A stretch of DNA of 64,000 bases from the human T2T-CHM13v2.0 reference genome, Homo sapiens: NCBI RefSeq assembly GCF_009914755.1, contig NC_060925.1, one strand, 5' to 3'. The notes under the pieces were generated by a model. The model saw only the letters and a list, made by a program, of their open reading frames with translations. It was not told the origin of the DNA and made no database searches. Position numbers and translations under genes: made by a program. Position 1 is the first letter of the stretch. The number at the start of each line of letters is the position of its first letter. Positions 1-16,115 of this stretch are shown in pieces.

Positions 1-408
<408 letters not shown>

Positions 409-475
409 TAGGGGTGATGGGGCATCAGGCTGGCAAATAGTTCAGTGAATAGTTCAGGGAAAAAAACTCAAATAG

Positions 476-925
<450 letters not shown>

Positions 926-3069
926 CTAAGGTGAAAGTTTAAAATTTTTATTAAAGACATAAAAGAAGACATATCAATTCCATACTCATGGTTATGGCAA
1001 TTTAATGACATAAAATTTCTGGTTCTCCTTAATTTAATTTACAAATTCACTGCAATCTCAAGCAAAAATTTAGATGGATTTTGTTTTGGAGAAACTCAAC
1101 AAGCATGTTCTAAATTAGAATAAAGGCCCACAAAGGGCAGAGTCTTCCAGGTACAGTGGCTCACACCTGTAATCCCAGCACTTTGGGAGGCCAAGGCAGG
1201 AGGATCATTTGAGACCAGCCTGCACGATGTAATGAGACACTGTCTCTACAGGGGAAAAAAAAAAAGGAGTAGAGTCAAGTGGGAAAGATTGCCTTTTTTT
1301 TTTTCTTTTTCCATGACACAGCCTTAGGAGGTCCTGATGACATGTGCCCCATGGAAGAGATTATCTTGTCAAATATACAAATATATAGAAATAGAAAAAT
1401 AGATATAAATATAGATAGGTAGATTTGATATATAACAAAAGTGGCACCATAAATCAAGGAAGGAAGGAGCAAGCTTTTTAGTAGATGGCATTGGGAAAAC
1501 TGGCTTTGCACTGTATACAATAACAAACAAACAAACTGGCTCCCTACCCTTGACCATTACAAAGGTGGATTCCAGAGGAGGATTTAGTTATGAAAGAACT
1601 AAATCTGAAAGGTGAAAGCGTAGCATAGCCTTGTGATCTAGAGATGGAGAAGATACCTCTTAAACTAGACCCAACAAGCACAAGCTGTGAGGCAAGAAAT
1701 GCTGGATTCAATTATATCACATTTTTCTGTTCAGTGAAATGCCCTGTAGACAAAATTAACTGATGGAAAACTGATTTGTAAAAGATGTTTGCGGTATCTA
1801 AAGCTGGCAAGGGGATCAATATCTAGAATACGCATGGACCTCTCGCAAATCAGTGAGAAAAGGAACAAAAAAAAAAGGGAAAAATGAGCAGAGAATATGA
1901 ACAGGCAATTCACAGACAGAAAATCCAAATGATTAACAGGATGTGAAGAGGCTCAGTTGCCTACACGATCAGAGACATGCAAAGTAAAACAACAGCCGGC
2001 ATTATCCTATGCTCAGCGTTTTCCATGTCTCACATTTTTGCCAGCCATTTCACATCCATTGGTCTGGCAAAAATGAGAGAGAGGGATAATGCTGAGCATT
2101 GGTGAGGATTTAGGGAAACACCCACCATTGTGAATTGCTCTTGGGAATGTAGACAGTGCAGCCATTCTGGAGAACAATCTGGCTGTATTTAAGTGAACTT
2201 AAGCGTGCATGTACCCTATGACTCAGAAAGCCGAACATTTAGTTAATGTCTGTATATTAAACAATGGTCTCAAATTTTCACTCTATTTCCTTGTCACAGC
2301 CTCATGATAGAATTTTCCCACACCTAGACTTTGAGCTTAATCATGTGCCTTGCTTTGGCCAGTAATATGTTAGCAAGTGAGACATTAATGTGCTTAGGCA
2401 GTTGGCCTTCTGCCAGCACCATGACAACACACCCTGAGTAGCCCACAGCCTCTCCAGCCTAGGCAGGAGGGCCCACCTGAGAAGTGAGTAAAGACAGAAA
2501 GAAGAGGAGAAAAACCATGAAGAGCCATTCCTGCAGCACAATTTGAATGCCTAGGACCGACAGAATAATGCCAGAATTCCTTTGGGACTTTTCATCTATG
2601 TGAACAAATACAGTCCTTTATGTGCTTAAGCCAGTTTGAGTTGGGCTTCTGTCACTTACAACAGAGTCTTACTAATTCATCCTCCTTACAGTAACTTTCA
2701 ACTCCAACCTAATGGAATTATCCATCAATCCTTAAACATTTGGTGTCTCTGTGTCCTTGATCAAATCTAGTTTAACTAGTACTTGTATGAGTGTACACCA
2801 TGTAAAAGATGAAGTGTTCCAATTATAGGGACTATGTGTCACACATGCTATTCTTCTCCACCTACCTTGCTGATGACAGATATGGCTGACTTTGTCCTTT
2901 CAAAGAACAAACTTTAAAAACATGGTTGATTTTCTTATCTGTTCTTATTTTTGTTATTTTCTACTTTCTTTTTCCCCCTTGGGTTTGATTTCCTATTCTT
3001 TTTCAGCTACTTGAGGTAGAAGTTTTAATTATTAATTTTCAAATCTTTCTCCTTTTCTAATATTTGCAT

Positions 3070-3338
3070 TTTTTTTTTTTTTGAGATGGAGTCTTGCTCT
3101 GTCACCCAGGCTGGAGTGCAGTGGCGCAATCTAGGCTCACTGCAAGCTCCACTCTGGGTTCATGCCATTCTCCTGCCTCAGCCTCCCGTGTGGCTAGGAC
3201 TACAGGTGCCTGCCACCACACCTGGCTAATTTTTTTTTGTTATTTTCAGTAGAGACGGGGTTTCACCGTGTTATCCAGGATGGTCTCGATCTCCTGACCT
3301 CGTGATTTGCCCACCTCGGCCTCCCAAAGTGCCTGGCC
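3070..3338 (-). mobile_element. AluY-like with a small deletion near its 5' end
   Basis: Poly(T) followed by antisense Alu body; TSD CTAATATTTGCATTT. Confidence 0.9.
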
Positions 3339-5123
3339 TAATATTTGCATTTTAAGGCCATGAATTTTCCTCTCTGCACTGCTGTAGCTGCACCCTACAA
3401 GTTTGTTTATTTGTTTTAGAGATGGGGTCTCACTATCTTGCCCACAGTGGAGTGCAGTTGCTATTCAGAGGCACAATCATAGCTCACAACAGCCTTGAAC
3501 TCCTGGCCTCAAGCGATCTTCCTACCTCAGCCTCCCAAACAGCTGGGACTACAGGTGTGTGCCACCATAATTCAGCTCAAAATGCTTTCTGATTTCCACT
3601 TCAATTTCTTCTTTGAATAGTGTAATGTTTAATTTTCAGGCAGTTGGGGATTTCCTTTTTATCTTTTGGTTATTGATTTCTAGTTTAGTTCCTTTGTGGT
3701 CAAAGAACATAATCTGAATAATTTCAATCTTTTGAAATGTCTTGGATCTTCTTAAATGACCCAATATATAATTGATTTTGGTAAGTGTTGCATGTTCACT
3801 TGACAAGATGTGAATTTTGAGTTCTCAGGTCAAATTTACTATGAGGATGTCTCTAATTGATCACAGACTTTCTAACATTATATCCCAGAAACAACCTTAG
3901 AATCCTTCTCAACACAGGGCTCCTGGCAGCCACTATCAATTGATAGAAGTAGGCACTCAATATAGAACCTATTTTCTGTCTAGTGTAGAGGTTATGGGCC
4001 AGATGTCAGAATGCCCAGATGTCAGAGGCCCAGCTCTGCCACCTTCTAGCGATATGTCCATGGACAAATTTATCTAACCACTTTAATCCTCAAGTTCCTT
4101 GTCTGAAAAATGCTGCTAACCATAGCTCCTCTGCTGCCTACAGGAATGAGGACTAAATGAGAATGAAGAGCTTAGCTCAGGGACTGTCATTTTGTAAGCA
4201 AGCTCTAGCCAGAATCCTAGGTCCTTGCATTTCTCCACCCTCTATTCCCCCTTCCACCTAAGTCTGGTCATCCTTCAAGGTCTGGGTAGAATCCATCCCT
4301 CCTCTGAGAAGCTGTGGCTACTAAACTTTTTGCCTGTTCTTGTTCAGTTTTGTTGCCTGGCATCTGTGTCCTTTTTTCTAGTGTAGAGGAACCCATTTCT
4401 CAGGAGTCATGTGGTAGGAGGCAGAAGTACCTCCCCATTATGGAAGCAAAAATCTCCAGATGTTTGTTTTCCCAGCTTCCCTTGCAGCCTGAGTGTGGTC
4501 AGGTGACGTTTGTTCTGCCAATCAGACATTCCCAATGCAGACTTTGCAGGGGCTGAGAGACAGTATCTGGAGGCAGCAGCAGCTAGGCTAGAAGTGGCTC
4601 CCATGTCTGCTGCTAGCTGTGGGTCAGGATTGGCAGTACAGGCTGTGGCTTTCAGGCTCTGCTGTTTCTCACTTGACCAGTTCTGTGGGTGATTTTGACA
4701 GTTCCTTGGCCCCGAGGGCTCTGAGCTTGGTTCTTCCGCTTACCAGTGCCCTGGTACTAACCCAATACCCTTCCAATAAGTTCCCTTACTGCTTAAATCA
4801 GCCAGTGCTGGTTTCTGTTATAAGCAAGACCCCTGCAGTAAGTCCTTTGTCCCCTTCGCTCTCACCTAAGGCTCCTGCAGCACCAAGGATCTCCCCACTC
4901 CTTGAACCCAGCAAGCCTGGCTCTGACCGCGGTCATGTCATTTTATGGCTCTGTCACATCTCCCCTACTACAGGCTCATAGCCCCCTACCCAAAACTCTA
5001 AGGGCCAGAAATGATTCAGAATTCAGAAATTTTCAGATTTTAGAAAGGTCATTTCGTACATATTCTGGGGCCACACCCAGTAATGAACTATATCAATAGG
5101 TTCACAAACAGTGGGTTTTCTTT

Positions 5124-6340
<1,217 letters not shown>

Positions 6341-7629
6341 GTAGATAGGACTTTTATGCCCATTTTATAATTGAGGAAATTGAGCCTTAAACTTGAACAT
6401 AGGGCAGAAACTATCTGATACTGGGAAGAGTTTATTATTTTAACAGATGGGAAAATGGAGGCTTGGAGAGGTGAAGTGACTTTCCCTCTTCACGAAACAA
6501 GAAAGCAGCAGGGTAGGATTCTGAGCCATCACGCAATCTCCCTTTGAAGGAGGGCAACCAGGCGCCCCTGGGTGTCCAGTCCAGCCCGCTCCTCCCCACT
6601 CCCACTCTGCCTCTCTCTTGCTATCTAGAGCTTCATCTCACCACCCAACCCTTATCTATCACAAGTCTGGGTTGCAACGCGCAGGCAAGCAAGGAAGAAA
6701 ATGCCAGCCCAGAGAAACATTTGCTCCAACAAGTGAGCAAAGGAGAATGCAAATTCCTTCTCAGGAACTTGCTTCCACAGGCAAATATCTACACCTGCAC
6801 TGACTGGTTATAAACATGCTAATTCCCCGGGTGATTTCAATTCATTGAATCCTGGGCTTGGCTCTCTCTGCCTACTTAGTCCTCAAGTGTCTCCAGAGTC
6901 AGTGGTTCCCCCACAATTGGAGTTTCACAAATCTGCAGTTTTAAAAAGAAAAGACACAGCGAGTGATATAGAAATACCACATAAGGGCATTAAGTAACCA
7001 CAACTCCCAGAGACCTTTTTTGTGGCTGACAAATTAAACCCTCAATTAGCAGCGTAGCTATCCTGGTCCCCCAGCAGATGGCTGACCTCCATTTAGAAGG
7101 GAAATTCCTCATGGTAAGAAGCAGTCTCACCTAATCCATCTCTCCTACCCTAGAACAATTTTAGCTGCCTGTCATAAACACTTTCCAGAGCTAAGTGCCT
7201 TCCATAACCTAAGAGGCAGTCACCTATTTTCAGCCTCAATTTACGAGTGAGAAATCTGTGGCTCAGAGAGGTTAAGTAACATGACCAAGGGCATACAGCT
7301 AATGAAGTGATAGAGCAAAAATTTAAGCTTGAGTCTGTTTAGCTGCAAAATCACCATTCTGTAATACCTGTCCAAGAAACAGAGATGCAAAGAACATAAT
7401 CGGATAAGCACATACCTTGCTTTAGTGAGAGGACCCTAGGAACGATAGTTGAACAAGCAGAACAAACTGTTAGGACCAGCATCTTGAAGTTTCCAAAGAA
7501 GTTGGTTCTTGATTCACATGGTGCTTGGGCCCTTGAAACACACATTAGGAATTCTGTGCCATGCTCTTACCATCCCTCCATTGAAAGAAAAGTGCAATAA
7601 ACACCTATACATGCCTCACTAAGATCTAC

Positions 7630-8298
7630 TGTTACTGGCTGGGAATTAATATGGATCTGCAGCAACTTCAATTCTTGCCTCCTGGGAAGAAAGAATTGAC
7701 TGAGGCAATTCTTTCTTAAGGCAGAAGTAAAGACTGAGGCAAGTTTCAGAGGAGAAGTGAAAACTTATTAAAAAGCTTCAGAGTAGGATCGAAAGGAAGT
7801 AAAGTACACTTGGAAGAGGGCCAAGCGGGCAACTTGAGACAGTCAAGTGCACTGATTCTTCCCTTGGGGTGGGCTGTCCGCATGCTCAGTGACCTGCCAG
7901 CACTTGGGAGGGAGCATGCGCAGTGTGTTTACTGGAGTTGTACGCATGCTCCCTTGAGGCGCTCTTCCCTTACCAGGTGAATGTGCCTAGCAGGTCATAT
8001 ACCAGTTAAACTCTGCCATTTTGCCTCTTAGTGGGCATGTGTGAGCCCACTTGCCCAGCTCCTGAGATCTTATTGGGGAGTGGCTGATCACCAGCTTCAG
8101 GTGTTCCTGTTTATTGGAAGACTGCCTTTCCCTGGTGCTGGCTGCAGCCAATTATTATTTTAAAGAGACAGTTAACAACTTGCCTGCCCATCACCTGATG
8201 GTCACCTGACATTCCTGGTGTGTGTGGGGGTGGGGGTGAGGGGAGCCCTCCCCTGCTCTGTTCTTGTCTGACTGTACCTACTACTACCTACCATAACA
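7630..8298 (-). mobile_element. ERV1 solo LTR, MER50-like
   Basis: TG...CA termini, 4-bp TSD CTAC (7626-7629 and 8299-8302), motif GGAAGTAAAGTACACTTGGAAGAGGGCCAAGCGGGC; subfamily name from memory. Confidence 0.7.
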
Positions 8299-8330
8299 CT
8301 ACCATTTGCTAACATCTGTTCCTGTCTGAC

Positions 8331-8788
8331 TGTAGCAGGACAAGCCGCAGACAAAACCCCTCAGACACCGAGTTAAAGAAGGAAGCGGTTTACTCGGCCG
8401 TGAGCATCGGCGAGACTCCTGTCTCAAGAGCTGAGCTCCCCGAGTGAGCGATTCCTGTCCCTTTTAAGGGCTCACAACTCTAAGGGGGTCTGCTTCAGAG
8501 GGTCGTGATTGATTGAGCAAGCAAGGGGTACGTGACTGGGGGCTGCATGCACCAGTAATTAGAATGGAACAGAACAGGACAGGGATTTTCACAGTGCTTT
8601 TCTATACAATGTCTGTAATCTATAGATAACATAACCAATTAGGTCAGGGGTCAATCTTTAACTACCAGGCCCAGGGTGTAGTGTCGGGCTGTCTCCCTGT
8701 GAATTTCATTTCTTCCTTTTAGTTTTTACTTCTTCTTTGGAGGCAGAAATTGGGCATAAGACAATATGAGGGGTGGTCTCCTCCCTTA
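8331..8788 (-). mobile_element. LTR2 (HERV-E family) solo LTR
   Basis: Minus strand reads TAAGGGAGGAGACCACCCCTCATATTGTC...GTCCTGCTACA; near-TSD TGAC/TAAC. Confidence 0.85.
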
Positions 8789-8865
8789 TAACTATGCCTA
8801 CTACTATATACCATAACACTACCATTTGCTAACATTTCACAACATTTGCTTTCTCTATATATATA

Positions 8866-9375
<510 letters not shown>

Positions 9376-9593
9376 CATGGAAATATGTTCTTGCATTTTG
9401 CTGAACCACTTGAAAATATGTTGCAGACATCATGATACTTCACCCTTAAATTTTTACTTCTTCAGAATAAGGACATTTCTCCTATGTAACTAGGGTACTG
9501 TTGTCAGAGGCGTTTGAACCAGAGCAACTCTGTCTTGAACAGGAGCTGGGGAAAAAAAGGCTGAGACCGACTGAGGTTAGGCATTCTTAGTCA

Positions 9594-9935
<342 letters not shown>

Positions 9936-10006
9936 TCATCTCAAAAACAAAACAGGATGCAGTACAGAAGCCGACCAAAACCAAGATGGCCATGAAAGTG
10001 ACCTCT

Positions 10007-10386
10007 CCCTCTCCCTCTCCCTCTCTCCCTCTCCCTCTCCCTCTCCCTCTCCCTCTCCCTCTCCCTCTCCCTCTCCCTCTCCCTCTCCCTCTCCCTCTCC
10101 CTCTCCCTCTCCCTCTCCCTCTCCCTCTCCCTCTCCCTCTCCCTCTCCCTCTCCCTCTCCCTCTCCCTCTCCCTCTCCCTCTCCCTCTCCCTCTCCCTCT
10201 CCCTCTCCCTCTCCCTCTCCCTCTCCCTCTCCCTCTCCCTCTCCCTCTCCCTCTCCCTCTCCCTCTCCCTCTCCCTCTCCCTCTCCCTCTCCCTCTCCCT
10301 CTCCCTCTCCCTCTCCCTCTCCCTCTCCCTCTCCCTCTCCCTCTCCCTCTCCCTCTCCCTCTCCCTCTCCCTCTCCCTCTCCCTCT
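10007..10386 (+). repeat. (CCCTCT)63 hexamer tract with one extra CT after the third unit
   Basis: Counted from the sequence: 3 units + CT + 60 units. Confidence 0.95.
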
Positions 10387-12597
10387 CCCCACGGTCTCTC
10401 TCTCATGCGGAGCCGAAGCTGGACTGTGCTGCTGCCATCTCCGCTCACTGCAACCTCCCTGCCTGATTCTCCTGCCTCAGCCTGCCGAGTGCCTGCGCCG
10501 CCACGCCTGACTGGTCTTGGTGGAGACGGGGTTTCGCTGTGTTGGCCGGGCCGGTCTCCAGCCCCTAACCGCGAGTGATCCGCCAGCCTTGGCCTCCCGA
10601 GGTGCCGGGATTGCAGACGGAGTCTCGTTCACTCAGTGCTCAATGGTGCCCAGGCTGGAGTGCAGTGGCGTGATCTCGGCTCGCTACAACCTACACCTCC
10701 TAGCCGCCTGCCTTGGCCTCCCAGGGTGCTGAGATTGCAGCCTCTGCCCGGCTGCCACCCCGTCTGGGAAGTGAGGAGTGTCTCTGCCTGGCCGCCCATC
10801 GTCTGGGATGTGAGGAGCCCCTCTGCCTGGCTGCCCAGTCTGGAAAGTGAGGAGCGTCTGCGCCCGGCCGCCATCCCATCTAGGAAGTGAGGAGCGCCTC
10901 TTCCCAGCCGCCATCACATCTAGGAAGTGAGGAGCGTCTCTGCCCGGCCGCCCATCGTCTGAGATGTGGGGAGCGCCTCTGCCCCGCCGCCCCATCTGGG
11001 ATGTGAGGAGTGCCTCTGCCCGGCCGAGACCCCGTCTGGGAGGTGAGGAGCGTCTCTGCCAGGCCGCCCCGTCTGAGAAGTGAGGAGACCCTCTGCCTGG
11101 CAACCACCCCGTCTGAGAAGTGAGGAGCCCCTCCGCCCGGCAGCTGCCCCGTCTGAGAAGTGAGGAGCCCCTCTGCCCGGCAGCCACCCCATCTGGGAAG
11201 TGAGGAGCCTCTCCGCCCGGCAGCCACCCCATCTGGGAAGTGAGGAGTGTCTCCGCCCGGCAGCCACCCCGTCCGGGAGGGAGGTGGGGGGGGTCAGCCC
11301 CCCGCCCGGCCAGCCGCCCCATCCGGGAGGGAGGTGGGGGGTCAGCCCCCCCGCCCGGCCAGCCGTGCTGTCCGGGAGGGAGGTGGGGGGGTCAGCCCCC
11401 CGCCCGGCCAGCCGCCCCGTCCAGGAGGTGAGGGGCGCCTCTGCCCGGCCGCCCCTACTGGGAAGTGAGGAGCCCCTCAGCCTGGCCAGCCACCCCGTCC
11501 GGGAGGGAGATGGGAGGGTCAGCCCCCCCACCCGGCCAGCCGCCCCGTCCGGGAGGGAGGTGGGGGGGTCAGCCCCCCGCCTGGCCAGCCGCCCTGTCCG
11601 GGAGGGAGGTGGGGGGGTCAGCCCTCTGCCCGGCCAGCTGCCCCGTCTGGGAGGTGAGGGGCGCCTCTGCCCGGCCGCCCCTACTGGGAAGTGAGGAACC
11701 CCTCTGCCCGGCCAGCCGCCCGGTCCGGGAGGGAGGTGGGGGGGTCAGCCCCCCGCCCGGCCAGCCGCCCCGTCCGGGAGGGAGGTGGGGGGGTCAGCCC
11801 CCCGCCCGGCCAGCCACCCCGTCCGGGAGGTGAGGGGCGCCTCTGCCTGGCCGCCCCTACTGGGAAGTGGGGAGCCCCTCTGCCCGGCCAGCCGCCCCGT
11901 CCGGGAGGGAGGTGGGGGGGTCAGCCCCCTGCCCGGCCAGCCGCCCCGTCCGGGAGGTGAGGGGCGCCTCTGCCCGGCCGCCCCTACTGGGAAGTGAGGA
12001 GCCCCTCTGCCCGGCCACCACCCCGTCTGGGAGGTGTGCCCAACAGCTCATTGAGAGCGGGCCAGGATGACAATGGCGGCTTTGTGGAATAGAAAGGCGG
12101 GAAAGGTGGGGAAAAGATTGAGAAATCGGATGGTTGCCGTGTCTGTGTAGAAAGAAGTAGACATGGGAGACTTTTCATTTTGTTCTGCACTAAGAAAAAT
12201 TCTTCTGCCTTGGGATCCTGTTGATCTGTGACCTTACCCCCAACCCTGTGCTCTCTGAAACATGTGCTGTGTCCACTCAGGGTTAAATGGATTAAGGGCG
12301 GTGCAAGATGTGCTTTGTTAAACAGATGCTTGAAGGCAGCATGCTCGTTAAGAGTCATCACCAATCCCTAATCTCAAGTAATCAGGGACACAAACACTGC
12401 GGAGGGCCGCAGGGTCCTCTGCCTAGGAAAACCGGAGACCTTTGTTCACTTGTTTATCTGCTGACCTTCCCTCCACTATTGTCCCATGACCCTGCCAAAT
12501 CCCCCTCTGTGAGAAACACCCAAGAATTATCAATAAAAAAATAAATTAAAGAAAAAAAAAAAAAAAGTGAAAAAGCTTACAAAAAAAAAAAAAAAAA
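10007..12597 (+). mobile_element. Full-length SVA retrotransposon, SVA_F-like
   Basis: (CCCTCT)n 10007-10386, Alu-like region ~10390-10740, GC-rich VNTR ~10740-12040, SINE-R ~12040-12540, AATAAA and poly(A); perfect 13-bp TSD GAAAGTGACCTCT (9994-10006 and 12598-12610). Confidence 0.96.
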
Positions 12598-12754
12598 GAA
12601 AGTGACCTCTGGTCATCCTCACTGTTCGTTATACGCTAATTATAATGCATTAGCATGCTAAAGGACACTCCCACCAGCGTCATGACAGTTTACAAATGCC
12701 ATGGCAACGTCTAGAAATTACTCTCTATGGTCTAAAAAGGGGAGAAACCCTCAG

Positions 12755-12763
12755 TTCCCGGAA
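12755..12763. promoter_or_regulatory. GAS (STAT1) motif TTCCCGGAA in the 5' MER41 LTR
   Basis: Exact TTCNNNGAA at the position where MER41B carries its STAT1 sites; function untested. Confidence 0.65.
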
Positions 12764-12793
12764 CTGCCCAACCTTTTCGTGGGAAACTCATGA

Positions 12794-13108
<315 letters not shown>

Positions 13109-13328
13109 TAGCTAATTTTTGTATTTTTTAGTAGAGACGGGGTCTCACTATATGTTGACCAGGCTGGTCTCGAACTCCTGACCTCAAGTGATCTGCCTGC
13201 CTCAGCCTCCCAAAGTGCTGGGATTACAGGCGTGAGCCACTGCGCCTGGCCCTGAATTCTTTCTTGGGCGAGGTCCAAGAATCCTCCTTTGGGGTCTAGA
13301 TCCGGACACCCTTCCGGTAACATCTTCT

Positions 13329-13346
13329 TGGCTACCACAAAGGGAC
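13329..13346 (+). other. Retroviral primer-binding site, tRNA-Arg-like
   Basis: TGGCTACCACAAAGGGAC just after the 5' LTR end, resembling TGGC(A/G)ACCACGAAGGGAC. Confidence 0.7.
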
Positions 13347-14600
13347 TATACCGAGGAGACCCCCAACTCAAAGGAAAGAGACTGCAGCACCGATTATCCG
13401 ACTTTGGGTAAGTGGTGGGGTACATTTTACCCAGGTAAAGGATGGAATTGAGTGAGAGGCCCAACTTAGGAGAGTTAGTTTCTCCTGAGACAGACAAGGT
13501 TAAAGGCCCCTCTTAATAAAAGGCAAGGATGCTTGACCGAACTTGGGTTCAAGGCCCAACTTAGGAAGGTAAGAGTCCTTCCTAATATTTAGAGGGTTAG
13601 AGGACCTTCCCTCAGTAAAGTCCCTTTTGGTTAAAAAATGGGTTTGGGCTGGGCGTGGTGGCTCACGCCTGTAATCCTAGCTCTTAGGGAGGGAGAGGCA
13701 GGAAGATAGCTTGAGCCCAGGAGTTCAAGACCTGCCTGGACAATATATTGAGACCCTGTTCTCCACAAAAAGAAAAAAAAAAAAAAAAAAGAGGATTTGG
13801 CATTATGGGATGTTAACCCATCTTTGAATTAATCTGCCTTGCACTGCTTGCTGATGGCTATGGGTGACAGGATTAGACAAGTACAGGACCATAGGACATG
13901 GGAGCTTTTTCCTCCCCCAAAAGAGGGAAACTTGAGAGCTGATGGGTCTGCTGGAAAAGATCCCTTTGTGACTGACAAGCAGCTGCCTGAACTTTTGAGT
14001 CAGTGTCGCTGCAATGGGTGGGTCTTTCTCCCACCCCCTGAGCTCCTTGCCTTCCCCACCTCATCGCAGGCAATGCTTTTCTCTCTCTCGTTCTCTCCTT
14101 TCCCTTTCCTATCTTTTCTGTTACTCAGGGCGACCATCTTGCCCAGAGACCAAATGTTGAAACTGCTGGTCGGAGGTCATTCCACCCCACTTTGAATAAA
14201 GATGACAGGGCTCAAACAGGGGCAAGTTTGAGCCTTACCAGTTCGATATTGGGTGCTAAGCAGAGTGGTTAATATCTATGTTTTGTCACACGTATTTTGC
14301 TCTGGCCGGATGGAAAATGTTAATTTGGTTATCCCATGCAATCCCTTGAACGGCATCTTACAAAATTGAGAGACTTTTGCCTGTGGTTCCATGAAAAGGA
14401 AAAAGATGATTTTCTTTGGTGTTGCAGCTTGGCCCCCAGGGCTATGATGTGGCAAGCAGGGTCACTAAGGTCACTCAGGGAAAGGGAACCCAGAAACCTG
14501 GCATGCAGGCAAAAGGGTAAGAATTTCTTACTGGTCAGGCTTGTGGGCTCTCTGTGCAAACTGGTTGTAGGAATTGTAAAAATCACTGTCTCCTCTGCAA

Positions 14601-14634
<34 letters not shown>

Positions 14635-14947
14635 GAGACAGCGTCTCCCTCTATTGCCCAGGCTGGAGTGCACTCTGCTTCCCAGGTTCATGCCATTCTC
14701 CTGCCTCAGCCTCCCGAGTAGCTGGGACTACAGGCGCCCGTCATCTCACCCGGCTAATTTTTTGTATTTTTAGTAGAGAGGGGGTATCACCGTATTAGCC
14801 AGGATGGTCTTGATCTCCTGACCTCGTGATCCTCCCGCTCGGCCTCCCAAAGTGCTGGGATTACAGGCGTGAGCCACCCTGCCTGGCCGCAAAGTTCTGA
14901 TTAATGAGAAAAAGGATTTGTGAGGTTAAACTGTAGTGAATCTGGTA

Positions 14948-15160
14948 TACTTTGTGCTATGAATTTGTCTTTCTATATCGTTCTGTCATAAAGAGGGGTA
15001 CCTTATGATACTTTGTGCTATGAATACTTTGTGCTATGGATTTGTATACTTTGTGCTATGAATTTGTCTTTCTATATCGTTCTGTCATAAAGAGGGGTAC
15101 TTTGTGCTATGAATTTGTCTTTCTATATCGTTCTGTCATAAAGAGGCGTACCTTATGATA
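14948..15160. repeat. Irregular tandem multiplication anchored on TACTTTGTGCTATG (5 copies)
   Basis: Anchor at 14948, 15009, 15025, 15047 and 15098; three long units and two aborted units. Confidence 0.9.
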
Positions 15161-15272
15161 GAACATGGGCTTAGAACCCCATAAGCCTGCTGTTCAAGCT
15201 AGCCTGGAAAACTGGTCAGTTACAAACTTTGCTGCAGGTCCCTGAAGCAAACAAAAAAAACTGGATGAGGTT

Positions 15273-15663
15273 TGTAGTAGTCCGTTTTCACACTGCCATA
15301 AAGAAATACCTGAGACTGGATAAATTATAAAGGAAAGAGGTTTAATTGACTTACAGTTCCACATGGCTGGGGAGGCCTCAGGAAACTTATAATCAGGGTG
15401 GAAGGTGAAGGAAAAGCAAGGCACCTTCCTCCCTAGGCAGCAGGAGAGAGAGAAGAGCGAAGGAGAAACTTCCAAACACGAATAAAACCATCAGATCTCG
15501 TGAGAACTCACTCACTATCATGAGAAAAGCAAGGGGGAAACAGCCCCCATGATCCAATCAGCTCCCTCCCTCAACACGTGGGGATTACAGGTCCCTCCCT
15601 TGACATGTGGGGATTACAATTTGAGATGAGATTTTCTTGGGGACACAGAGCAAAACCGTATCA
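15273..15663 (-). mobile_element. MST-family MaLR solo LTR inside the ERV internal region
   Basis: TG...CA ends, near-TSD AGGTT/AGATT, motif CATGGCTGGGGAGGCCTCAGGAAACTTA. Confidence 0.85.
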
Positions 15664-15875
15664 AGATTTCCCTCAGGTCTTGTTTTATGTCTTTGGGAGC
15701 TTGACCTTGTAACCACACCGTGGTAATTTCTCTTGGTTTCCACCATCCAGGGAACAGGAGTTTTGGGATTCATGTCATAGTTAGTCTTAAAAATTATCTT
15801 GAGGCTGGGTGCGGTGGCTCACGACTCTAATCCCAGCACTTTGGGAGGCCGAGGTGGGCGGATCACCTGAGGTCA

Positions 15876-16115
<240 letters not shown>

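Noticed and set aside
10517-12544. Long overlapping Gly/Arg/Pro-rich ORFs
   Set aside because: They arise from the stop-poor SVA VNTR and SINE-R; SVA is non-coding.
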